From positions 6,722 through 70,721 of the forward strand of contig DUQX01000030.1 in NCBI GenBank assembly GCA_012837615.1: a stretch of DNA of 64,000 nt, in the 5' to 3' direction. This document shows positions 33,474-42,627 of the stretch, one piece after another. Numbering within the stretch: position 1 is the first letter of the stretch; each line of letters begins with the position of its first letter. This stretch comes from Bacillota bacterium. GTDB taxonomy: Bacteria; Bacillota; Dethiobacteria; DTU022; UBA8154. The position numbers and the translations under genes were made by a program. Below the pieces are notes generated by a model. The model had not been told where the DNA came from. It was given only the letters and a program-made list of their open reading frames with translations, and searched no databases.

Positions 33474-33586
33474 TCTGATTACAGGTCGTGGCGTTATGGG
33501 GCGGGGGATAGTTATGCTGCTCCCGGTTGCACGCCGATCCGGTAAATGAATGGCACGTTGTAGAGGGTTTATTGTGAGGTGGGTGT

Positions 33587-34483
33587 ATGGATCTATCCAA
33601 AGCTAAAACCGTGTTGATTATGACTTTCTTGTTTCTTAATTTCTTTCTTTTATATCAAATATTCGAGGACGAGGGAAAAGGAAGCCTGAGCACTTTTGGT
33701 CGCAAAGAAGAGCTATCAAGACTCGAAATAGCTCTTTATGAAGCAAATCTTTTTCTAGATGTCCCGCTTCCCAAAGGCGGTATTCAGGTTGCCCACCTGG
33801 TAGTAGAGCCATTTAAGTTTCAACTGGATGAGCTGGCAATTGAATTATGGAAGATATTTGAAGGCCGGGAAAATACAACCCTTCCCACAGTTGAAGAGGC
33901 CGCTGATAAGGCGGATAGTGAGAAAACGGGTGTAAACAAATATGCTATTGGGGAATACGAGCTGATTGTCCGAAAAGGAGGATCCATTTCATTAAAACTC
34001 AAAGAGGGCAGCAAGGTGCAAAATAGCAATAGCGGTAGCAGGGAAGAAATTATACAATCCGCACAGGAGAGGATAGAAGGAATATCTTTTATGAAAAATT
34101 TTATTTATGACTATGTGCAGGAGGGGCAGAAAGGTCCTGTATTGAATTTCAGGCAGGAATACGATAGTTTTCCGCTTTACGCGGGGTATTTACAGCTTTT
34201 TATGCACGGCCATAAACCGGAGGAGTGTTATCTGTACTGTCTTGAACCCATCGGCTTTGCCGAGCAAAAACGGGAAGCTATACCTCCTTCAACGGCGTTA
34301 TTGCGTCTTATAGAAGCATATAAAGGGGGCGTTCGGCAGGCCAGGATAATTGATTTCTCGCTGGGTTACTACAGCCAGGAATACGATGCGGAACGCTGGG
34401 AAATTCCTCCCGTTTGGAGGATCCGTCTCGATAATGGCGAAGTATATTATATTAATGCTTTCACGGGTAATTTAGAAAGGTAG
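33587..34483 (+). CDS. yycI: YycI-like regulator of WalRK activity
   Basis: 298 aa. N-terminus MDLSKAKTVLIMTFLFLNFFLLYQIF is like YycI. Sits after yycH. Confidence 0.7.
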   Translation: MDLSKAKTVLIMTFLFLNFFLLYQIFEDEGKGSLSTFGRKEELSRLEIALYEANLFLDVPLPKGGIQVAHLVVEPFKFQLDELAIELWKIFEGRENTTLPTVEEAADKADSEKTGVNKYAIGEYELIVRKGGSISLKLKEGSKVQNSNSGSREEIIQSAQERIEGISFMKNFIYDYVQEGQKGPVLNFRQEYDSFPLYAGYLQLFMHGHKPEECYLYCLEPIGFAEQKREAIPPSTALLRLIEAYKGGVRQARIIDFSLGYYSQEYDAERWEIPPVWRIRLDNGEVYYINAFTGNLER

Positions 34484-34640
34484 AGTTTAATTTAGTTCGG
34501 GGGTAGGAAAAACGGAGCAATGCCAGACGAGATATATAATGTCAGAAGAGGTATGAGGTATATAGAAAGGGTATATAAAAGGTGATATATCTAAATATAC
34601 AAGGATATAATGAAGGGGATATTTAAGGAGGCACAACCCG

Positions 34641-35897
34641 GTGGAGTACTTGTTACTTAAAGGTAAACAACAAATCAATGGAAAAATAAAAATAAATGGT
34701 GCGAAAAACGCGGCAGTAGCGATATTGCCTGCGGCGTTACTTACCCGGGGGACAGTTAAAATTGATAATTTACCTCGAATTACCGATATAGATATTTTGT
34801 TGAAAATACTAAAATCCCTTGGAGCAACAGTTAGTTCAACAGGTGAACGTTCCATAAGCATTGATTCCTCCGGGGTGAATAGTTTTCGCCCCCCTCAATC
34901 CATGGTGAATAAGTTTCGTGCTTCCTACTATTTTATGGGTTCATTGCTGGGCCGTTTTGGGCAGGTGGAGATTCCCATGCCCGGTGGCTGTAACCTTGGG
35001 CCTCGCCCTATTGATCAACATATTAAAGGTTTCACTGCAATGGGCGCAGATGTCGAGTTGGAACATGGTATAGTGAAAATTAAGGCCAGAAAACTAAAAG
35101 GTACGCATATATATCTAGATGTAGTGAGCGTTGGGGCTACGATCAATATCATGCTGGCTGCCGCCTGTGCTGAAGGGAAAACTGTGATTGAAAACGCTGC
35201 CAAGGAACCTGAGATCGTTGATGTAGCCAATTTCCTGAATGCTATGGGGGCGCAGGTTGTAGGGCCAGGTACCGATGTGATAAAAATTCAGGGAGTGACT
35301 GAACTGGGCGAAGCCGAGCACACTGTTATCCCCGATCGCATTGAAGCGGGTACTTTTATGATCGCTGCAGCTGCTACAAGGGGAGAAGTGCTTGTAGAAG
35401 AGGTGATACCCAAACACCTCGATGCGGTCATAGCAAAACTAAAAGAAGTAGGTAGTGAAATAGAAGTGGGACCTGATTGGGTTCGGGTAAAGGGGAACAG
35501 CAGACTGTTACCTACAGATGTTAAAACCTTTCCTTATCCCGGTTTTCCAACGGATTTACAGGCTCCAATGATAGTGCTTTTAACTCAGGCTAAAGGTACC
35601 AGTTTTGTAACTGAAAATGTTTTTGAAGAACGCTTTAACCATTTGAGTGAACTGAGGAAGATGGGAGCGGAGATAAAACTTGGTGGTAGAACAGCAATTA
35701 TTGAGGGAGGGCATGAGTTAAGCGGCGCCCCTATAAAAGCGATGGATTTAAGAGGAGGCGCTGCGTTCATCATTGCCGGATTGGTTTCCAGGGGAGAGAC
35801 TCATCTCGCAGGTGTAGAGCATATTGATAGGGGATACGAGCGAATTGAAGAACGCTTCAAGTCCCTTGGGGTAGATATAAAGCGTATACAAAAGTAG
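34641..35897 (+). CDS. murA: UDP-N-acetylglucosamine 1-carboxyvinyltransferase
   Basis: 418 aa with KISGAKNAA-type N-terminus (INGAKNAAVAILPAALL). Active-site Cys in NLGPRPIDQH. Confidence 0.93.
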   Translation: MEYLLLKGKQQINGKIKINGAKNAAVAILPAALLTRGTVKIDNLPRITDIDILLKILKSLGATVSSTGERSISIDSSGVNSFRPPQSMVNKFRASYYFMGSLLGRFGQVEIPMPGGCNLGPRPIDQHIKGFTAMGADVELEHGIVKIKARKLKGTHIYLDVVSVGATINIMLAAACAEGKTVIENAAKEPEIVDVANFLNAMGAQVVGPGTDVIKIQGVTELGEAEHTVIPDRIEAGTFMIAAAATRGEVLVEEVIPKHLDAVIAKLKEVGSEIEVGPDWVRVKGNSRLLPTDVKTFPYPGFPTDLQAPMIVLLTQAKGTSFVTENVFEERFNHLSELRKMGAEIKLGGRTAIIEGGHELSGAPIKAMDLRGGAAFIIAGLVSRGETHLAGVEHIDRGYERIEERFKSLGVDIKRIQK

Positions 35898-35966
35898 AAA
35901 AATATATTTCCCGGGAAATATATGTTGCATTTTGGCAAAGCATGTTAAACGGTTGCGGTGAGAAAA

Positions 35967-36590
35967 ATGGAACTTTGGCTTGTTCGGCACGGTGTTACAG
36001 ATGCTAACCTGGAAGGCAGGTTACAGGGAAGGCTAGATTTCTCTTTGAGCCCGTTAGGCAGGAATGAAGTATATGCGCTGGCTTATCGGTTAAGAAACCA
36101 GCCTTTTTATGCTTTGATAAGCAGCAATCTTTCCCGGGCAAGGGAAACTTCACAAATTATCGCTGCTCAAGTACAAAATATTTCCCCCCTCTATTCCCCT
36201 GTACTGCAGGAATATGACTGGGGAATTATACAGGGGCTTACCAGAAAAGAGATAAGCGAAAGGTATCCTTTGTTATTTAAACAGCTTGAGCGGGATTTTC
36301 ACCATGTTGATGTTCCGGGAGCGGAAGGACTAGAGAGCCTTTTTGGGCGGGTTAAGGTTTTTTACCGGTTTTTAGCAACCGTTAAAAAGAGAAATAAAAA
36401 ATCTTTACCGGTACTCGTTGTAAGCCATGGCCGCTTTTTGCAGGCTTTTACATTATATTTCTTAAAGTATGATCCAAGAAATTTTTGGCCCTTTTCTTTT
36501 AGCCCGGCTTCCCTTACAATTCTAGATGGAGACTTTAAAAAGGCCGGACGTATGCGGTTGTTTAACGATACCTGTCACCTGCGAGGTTAA
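35967..36590 (+). CDS. Histidine phosphatase family protein (phosphoglycerate-mutase-like)
   Basis: LVRHGVTDANLEGRLQGRLD, the RHG catalytic motif. The track starts at GTG 35958. Confidence 0.8.
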   Translation: MELWLVRHGVTDANLEGRLQGRLDFSLSPLGRNEVYALAYRLRNQPFYALISSNLSRARETSQIIAAQVQNISPLYSPVLQEYDWGIIQGLTRKEISERYPLLFKQLERDFHHVDVPGAEGLESLFGRVKVFYRFLATVKKRNKKSLPVLVVSHGRFLQAFTLYFLKYDPRNFWPFSFSPASLTILDGDFKKAGRMRLFNDTCHLRG

Positions 36591-36656
36591 GGGGAAGTTT
36601 AGCCGGTAAATAGGATATATTAGGTTAAAAAGCTTTTTTGACGGCCTTCTATACTG

Positions 36657-37844
36657 ATGATTAAGGGTGGTGTTTTCCAAACGATGGGTTTTTACGATGA
36701 TTTTAATGAAGTGCCAAGGAGACATTCTTCGTTAAGGAGAACTGTTGTTATTACAATCGTTATTTTGGCGCTGCTTTTGGTGGTATTGTTTTTTAATTCT
36801 TTTATGAAGAACCTGCGGGCAGAAGAAAACCGGGATAACCCGCTTGCTCCCCTACCCGGGGAAGAAAGCAGGGAGAACGAAAACGATGCTGACCCGGATA
36901 CTGCTCAGTATCAGTATCATCTGGCTGTAGTTGATGCCGTAGAAAAGGCGACTCCTTCCGTGGTGGGAATAAGCAATTACGGAATTGTATTTGATTTTTG
37001 GGGTCAAAGCAGCCTGCAAGAGAGGGCTACCGGCTCAGGGGTTATTATCGGCAGTGACGGCTATATTGTTACAAATTATCATGTTATTGAAAACGCAAAA
37101 GAGTTAGTTGTTACCCTCGGTTCCGGCGAAGAATTCCCCGCAACGGTCATCGGGGCAGACTCACCTACAGATCTGGCCGTGATTAAGATTAACAAAACGG
37201 GCCTTCCCGCTGCCGAATTTGCTAATTCGGATAATTTACGTGCTGGTGAACCGGCCATCGCTATAGGCAACCCGTTAGGTCTGGATTTCCAGCAGTCTGT
37301 AACTTTGGGTGTAGTTAGCGCCCGCGAGCGGTCCATTACGATACAGGGGCAAAAATTTACCTTTATCCAGACAGATGCCGCCATCAATGATGGCAACAGC
37401 GGCGGTGCGCTGGTTAATATCAATGGAAAGTTAATCGGGATTAATACGGCCAAAATTAAGATTACCGGGGTTGAGGGAATGGGTTTTGCCATTCCGAGCA
37501 ACACGGTAAAGCAGATAGCAGCGGATCTGATTGAAAACGGAAGGGTGATCAGACCCTGGATGGGGATTACCACAAGGAACTTATCACGATTGGAAGCAGC
37601 CCAGCTGGGATTGGATGTTGATTACGGCGTAATTGTAATGGAAGTAGTTACAGGGAGCCCTGCTGAAAGGGCAGGCCTGGAGCCGATGGATATTATTGTT
37701 GCCCTTGAAGGTGATAGCGTTACCAATACTTCTGATCTGCAGCAGTTGATTTACCAGTATAAAGTTGGCCAAAAAGTAACGGTAACTGTTTACAGGGAGA
37801 AAAGAAAGGTAGACCTGGAAGTAACGCTAGATAAGATGCCTTGA
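36657..37844 (+). CDS. htrA: HtrA/DegP-family serine protease with a PDZ domain
   Basis: TM anchor, a trypsin fold with TNYHV, D and GNSGGAL catalytic-triad motifs, and a C-terminal PDZ domain. Confidence 0.88.
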   Translation: MIKGGVFQTMGFYDDFNEVPRRHSSLRRTVVITIVILALLLVVLFFNSFMKNLRAEENRDNPLAPLPGEESRENENDADPDTAQYQYHLAVVDAVEKATPSVVGISNYGIVFDFWGQSSLQERATGSGVIIGSDGYIVTNYHVIENAKELVVTLGSGEEFPATVIGADSPTDLAVIKINKTGLPAAEFANSDNLRAGEPAIAIGNPLGLDFQQSVTLGVVSARERSITIQGQKFTFIQTDAAINDGNSGGALVNINGKLIGINTAKIKITGVEGMGFAIPSNTVKQIAADLIENGRVIRPWMGITTRNLSRLEAAQLGLDVDYGVIVMEVVTGSPAERAGLEPMDIIVALEGDSVTNTSDLQQLIYQYKVGQKVTVTVYREKRKVDLEVTLDKMP

Positions 37845-38217
37845 TGCAATCCGGATGATTTAGCATTGATTGTTCTCCCAAAGCATATGTCCTAAAATAA
37901 CATAAATAAGTGAGAATAAAGCGATATTTTTGAGAATATAAAAGATGATTTTAAAATATACCTTGTTAGGAGTATTAATGATTAATTATTATTAAGTTAT
38001 CTATATTTTTCTGTAAACGGTAGCTCCATCTTCCAATGGTGAAATATAAATATCATGCTTTTGCCATCATGCGGCGATGCACTTGCAATGCCATCTGGAT
38101 TTCCGCTGGCCGAATGTCAATATCTATGTGTGATATCTGCCAGGGCTTGGATGTGGATTTCCATTCGGATGAGAGATATTTGCAATTTTTTAGCGGAACT
38201 GCGAAGGATTAAGGTTT

Positions 38218-38262
38218 GGGGACATGTCTCATCCCTTAGAGAGATGTCCCCGGTTGTTTTTT
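38218..38262 (+). terminator. Intrinsic terminator-like hairpin ending a roughly 200-nt structured leader or small RNA
   Basis: GGGGACATGTCTC at 38218-38230 pairs with GAGAGATGTCCCC at 38239-38251 (one mismatch, 8-nt loop). Followed by GGTTGTTTTTT. Confidence 0.6.
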
Positions 38263-38440
38263 AAGGAAGCATATGTAAAGGAATCATGTATAATAATCAT
38301 GTATAATAATTATATTATATGATTGTATCTGTTTATTTTCCCTGTTTAGTGCCGAATAGTTTTTGGTTTATTTTTAGAAACGGTAAAGCTATCAGCTCCT
38401 GTGTGTTGTTTTAACGTTTTTTGTCTGGGGGGACATCTGA

Positions 38441-39397
38441 TTGTCGGTCATATTTATTTTTATTGATGGCCTAGGGCTGGGTTCACAAGAAGAAAGCAAC
38501 CCATTTTTTGTAAATGATACCCCCTTTTTTACCGAGATACTTGAAGGAAGCCATTTATCGAGTGAAGCTGCTGAAAGAGAATACAGACAGGTATCTCTGT
38601 TGGGTCTAGACGCTACTCTGGGGGTGGATGGGCTTCCTCAGAGCGCCACAGGGCAGACGACACTCTTTACTGGAATTAATGCAGCCAAAATCATGGGACG
38701 CCATTTACGCGCTTTTCCCAATCGCCGCTTGAGAAAAATCCTCTCCGAGAAAGGGATGTTTTTGCAGTTACAGAAGAGATCCCTTAATGGAACATTTGTG
38801 AACTCCTACAGGCCGGAATTTTTCGCCAGCTTATCTTCAGAGGTGAAAAGATCTTTTTCATGTTCTACACTTATAAACTACTATGCTGGTTTACAATTTC
38901 GTACCCTCGATGATCTTAAAACCGGCAATGCAATTAATATGGATATTACAAATGAATCATTAAGGGAAAAAGGTTTTGATGTTCCGTTGGTCTCGCCTGA
39001 GGAGGCAGGGAAAAGGCTGGTTCACATTTCCCGTGGGTATGACCTGACCCTTTACGAGTATTTTATGACGGATATTGCGGGTCATAGCGGTGATCCAGCC
39101 ATGGCGGCGGAAGTAGTGAAGAAATTGGATAAGTTTTTGGGTTCTGTTGTAGAAAATATTAATCCGGAAAGAGAGTTACTTCTGGTAACCAGCGATCACG
39201 GTAACATAGAAGATATGAGCGTCAGAGTACATACTATAAATCCTGTGCCTGCTTTAATCATAGGTAAAGATCGCTGTAAGCTGGTTAATTTCTTGAAAGC
39301 GAAGCGAGACATCAGCGGTGTTTTTCCTGCTGTACTGAAAGTGCTTGCAGAAAGAAAGCCCGTGCAAGTCCTGCCCGATGACTGTTCAATCGGGTAA
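38441..39397 (+). CDS. Alkaline-phosphatase-superfamily metalloenzyme-domain protein (iPGM/phosphopentomutase-like)
   Basis: 318 aa. TTG start after GGGGGG. ...LVTSDHGNIEDM..., the metalloenzyme-domain DHG motif. Confidence 0.55.
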   Translation: MSVIFIFIDGLGLGSQEESNPFFVNDTPFFTEILEGSHLSSEAAEREYRQVSLLGLDATLGVDGLPQSATGQTTLFTGINAAKIMGRHLRAFPNRRLRKILSEKGMFLQLQKRSLNGTFVNSYRPEFFASLSSEVKRSFSCSTLINYYAGLQFRTLDDLKTGNAINMDITNESLREKGFDVPLVSPEEAGKRLVHISRGYDLTLYEYFMTDIAGHSGDPAMAAEVVKKLDKFLGSVVENINPERELLLVTSDHGNIEDMSVRVHTINPVPALIIGKDRCKLVNFLKAKRDISGVFPAVLKVLAERKPVQVLPDDCSIG

Positions 39398-39421
39398 CTA
39401 TAAAAAATGGGGTGACAGCAT

Positions 39422-39895
39422 ATTAATATTCAGATTATCGCCGTGGGGAAGGTTAAGGAGCATTTCTACCGAAGAGGTATCGAGCATTATTTAATCAGGC
39501 TGAAGCCCTATGCAAAAATTAACGTTATAGAGCTACAGGAAGGAAAGACAGTAGGAAAGGACAACTTTCACGAGACAGCCCTCCATGAAGAAGCGGAAGA
39601 AATTAAGAAAAACCTCAGGGGTGACGCATACTCAATAGTGCTGGACGCAGGAGGTAAAAAGATGCGTTCAGAGGAGCTGGCTATTTTTTTGGAAAGGTTA
39701 ATGATTGAGGGTAAGAGTAAAATAGATTTTATCATCGGGGGGCCCGATGGGCTGGCGAAAGGATTAATAAATAACGGGGATCTCTGCCTTTCCCTTTCCG
39801 ATCTTACCTTTCCCCATCGTATGGCCAGGCTTATTTTGCTGGAACAGCTCTACCGTTGTTTTAAAATAATAAGGGGCGAACCGTATCATCGCTAA
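39422..39895 (+). CDS. rlmH: 23S rRNA (pseudouridine1915-N3)-methyltransferase RlmH
   Basis: SPOUT fold, ...IIGGPDGL...LSLSDLTFPHRMARLILLEQLYRCF. The track begins at GTG 39443. The conserved N-terminal strand (I)NIQIIAVGK is encoded in-frame upstream with no ATG, GTG or TTG. The start is therefore placed at ATT 39422, which sits 8 nt after GGGGTGA. Uncertain. Confidence 0.8.
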   Translation: MNIQIIAVGKVKEHFYRRGIEHYLIRLKPYAKINVIELQEGKTVGKDNFHETALHEEAEEIKKNLRGDAYSIVLDAGGKKMRSEELAIFLERLMIEGKSKIDFIIGGPDGLAKGLINNGDLCLSLSDLTFPHRMARLILLEQLYRCFKIIRGEPYHR

Positions 39896-41098
39896 TTTTG
39901 AAGCATCCGGCTGGAGATGTGCTTTAATATAAAAAAATACCATAAATGAAAAAGTTCTTAGATATCTATTGGGACAATTGCAGACATTATGTCCTATCTG
40001 GAAGGCATATTTTTCATAATAATCTGTTAGTTTGCATGTACTATTTGTTGTTTTATATCGCAATTTTTTTTGTTGACCGTGGCAGGATGCAACACATATT
40101 TTAACCGCATACCGTTATAATAAATAAGCCGGGCTACTTACCAGATAAATCAGGGTGGACAAGTATTTCACAAAAAGATTTCCCTCTCAGAGTAAGCTGA
40201 GAACACTCAAAGTGGCAGTTGCTGCCGGTAGAATTTAGTGAGGTACACAAATTCAGAAACGGCAAGCGAAACATTGTAAGGCGGTGCTTTCATTGAGATG
40301 GCGTAGCTTGGCTGTATTCCTAATATTTTCAATCTTTTGTTGGGTTACAGTAATATTTGGCGGGATGAACAGCAGTTCAACCTGTATCAACAGAGAAAAA
40401 TGTGTGGAAGCCATGCCCGTTATTACTGAGACCGGGTTTGTTATAGAGAATGATATATTTACTCATCATATATCAAAATGGGAATCCATACTACTTAATG
40501 TGCGGGTTAAATATAATGTTCGGCCGGCATTTGCCCCGCCTAAACTTGTATGTATTTCCTCTATACCATTCTTTCTCCTGCAGGAGTATCCCGGTAATTA
40601 TCCCGCCAGGGCTGCCCCTGAACCAAAGGGGCCGTTGTGACGGGGAACCATTTGATTTTTAAATACCGAGCTTCTTCTTTAACCCGGATAAAGGTTTAAA
40701 AGGAAAAATTTAATATCTCCACCTTTTACCATGGTAAAATGCAACCGGTCATTTAAGAAGTGTTTACCGGTATTGCAGGTGTTTGAAGATACCGGGGGGC
40801 CAAGGCATGACCTTCAAGTAAAAGGCCCCTGATTGTTAGCGGGAACTACCCCTATTCGGGGTAAAAAAGGAACAATGCAGTAGGCACTCCGGTATACATC
40901 CCAAAAAAGAAGATGCATCCATTTGTGGTTGGAGAAGGATGCTATCTTCCCAAATAATTATTTTAATATAAATGGAGTAGTCACCATTTAAATGAATTTT
41001 ATAAGGGGGTAATTAACCAAAGGTATTAACCGGTTCATAAATTCTATGAGCATTTTATTGTGAGGTATTTGTGAAACCCTGAAAAAGCCAGGCAAAGT

Positions 41099-41146
41099 GC
41101 AGCAGGTGCGGTTGAGTATGGGATAGCCGCATTTGCTGCTTTTTTT
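41099..41146 (+). terminator. Strong intrinsic terminator at the end of the ORF-poor region
   Basis: GCAGCAGGTGCGG pairs with CCGCATTTGCTGC (13 bp including two G-U wobbles, 15-nt loop), followed by T7 at 41140-41146. Confidence 0.7.
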
Positions 41147-41430
41147 ATTAAGCGGCTATTAGGGACAATTATTATTACTGGCGATGGGGAAATCTTGTAT
41201 GCCAATAGCCTGTCACGGAGTAAAATTTCCTTGTGATGTTTTTTCAAAATTTTACTAGCTTAACAGGATAATTAAAATAAATGGCGAATTCTAAAGAGAG
41301 GGGTTTAAGGGAATAGCGTTAATTGGCTGTTATTTTTCAGCCGTCGGCATGACAGGGGTAATGGTTTTAGCGGGGTTATTATGTTCAAAAACATTGCCTC
41401 ATACTATATTATTAAGGAGGTTTTCAGTTA

Positions 41431-42627
41431 ATGTATAAAAAAGCATTTATACCATTCCGTGGCTATTATAGTTCACCGTTTGCACGCTGGCAGGGCAGCC
41501 TGCAGAATGAAAATTCCATTGAATTGGGGGCGGCTACGGCAAAGCGGTGGCTTGCCTCAAAGAAATTTGATCCCAAAATGATTGATTATGTTGTTTTTGG
41601 AAAAACTGTTGGGCAGCACCACAGCTTTTATGCTTCCACCTGGGCAGGAGGCATGCTCGGAGCGGAAAAGGTGCCCGCTGTTCATATATCGCAGGCTTGT
41701 TCTACATCCACCACATGCCTTAATTATGCGGCCATGAGTGTGGAAACAGGAAACTATGATTTAGCTTTTTGCCTGATGACAGATCGCTGCTCCAATGCCC
41801 CGCATACGATCTGGCCCAATCCTATGGGGCCGGGAGGGGAAGTAATTTCCGAAAATTGGATGATGGATAACTTCAATGCTGATCCCTGGGTGGGGCTTCC
41901 AATGATTCAGACGGCGGAAAATACTGCCGCATCAATTGAAGGCATCACTAAGGAGCTCTGTGATGAGATCGCCCTTCGTCGTTTTGAGCAGTACCAGGAT
42001 TCCCTTGCCAATGACCGGGAGTTCCAGAAGCGCTACATGTTTCCCGTTGAATATAAGATCAGCAGGAAAGAAACGGGAGTACTGGAAGCCGATGAAGGCA
42101 TCAGGCCTAGAACAAAGGAAAGTCTTGCGGCAAAAAAACCTTTTATCCCCGGTGGGGTTCACAGTTCCGATGTCCAGACGCATCCCGCTGATGGCAACTG
42201 TGCTTTTATCGTCACCACCCGCGAAAAAGCTCAGGAATTGAGCGCCGACAAAAATATAGAAATTCAGATTATTTCTTACGGCTTTACAAGAGTGGATAAA
42301 GGTTTTATGGCTGCCGCCCCCGTGCCGGCGGCGGAGAAGGCCTTGAAAAATGCGGGGCTTAGCCTTAAAGATATCAAAGCGATAAAAACTCATAATCCCT
42401 TCGCGGCCAACGATGCATATATGTCTAAAAAAATGGGGTTGGATCCTATGACTTTTAACAACTACGGCAGTTCCATGATTTTTGGCCATCCGCAGGGGCC
42501 CACTGCAGGCCGTTGTATTGCTGAATTAATTGAGGAGTTGGTTATATTAGGCGGCGGTTACGGCCTTTTCACCGGATGCGCTGCCGGGGACACGGGCGCT
42601 TCTCTTATTGTTAAGGTAACGGGCTAG
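41431..42627 (+). CDS. Thiolase-family protein (acetyl-CoA acyltransferase-like)
   Basis: 398 aa. RBS AAGGAGG. Thiolase C-terminal pattern GHPQGPTAGRCIAELIEEL...GCAAGDTGASLIV. Confidence 0.8.
   Translation: MYKKAFIPFRGYYSSPFARWQGSLQNENSIELGAATAKRWLASKKFDPKMIDYVVFGKTVGQHHSFYASTWAGGMLGAEKVPAVHISQACSTSTTCLNYAAMSVETGNYDLAFCLMTDRCSNAPHTIWPNPMGPGGEVISENWMMDNFNADPWVGLPMIQTAENTAASIEGITKELCDEIALRRFEQYQDSLANDREFQKRYMFPVEYKISRKETGVLEADEGIRPRTKESLAAKKPFIPGGVHSSDVQTHPADGNCAFIVTTREKAQELSADKNIEIQIISYGFTRVDKGFMAAAPVPAAEKALKNAGLSLKDIKAIKTHNPFAANDAYMSKKMGLDPMTFNNYGSSMIFGHPQGPTAGRCIAELIEELVILGGGYGLFTGCAAGDTGASLIVKVTG

Noticed and set aside
34487-34861. 124-aa minus-strand ORF spanning the murA promoter and 5' end
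   Set aside because: It overlaps murA and the AT-rich repeat region. Low-complexity translation.
38055-38264. 69-aa ORF in the leader upstream of the metalloenzyme gene
   Set aside because: No Shine-Dalgarno sequence. It overlaps the predicted RNA structure and terminator. The composition is not protein-like.
39764-40063. 99-aa minus-strand ORF overlapping the 3' end of rlmH
   Set aside because: It overlaps a conserved SPOUT methyltransferase. No RBS and no motifs.
40284-40662. 118-aa and 70-aa ORFs inside the ORF-poor interval
   Set aside because: GTG start with no spacer to any SD. No homology is recognisable. Retained only as part of the non-coding-region finding.
39896-41430. Possibility that the ORF-poor interval is an insertion sequence or mobile element
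   Set aside because: No transposase-like ORF, no terminal inverted repeats, and no target-site duplication were found. The CRISPR check was also negative: no repeat-spacer periodicity anywhere in the window.
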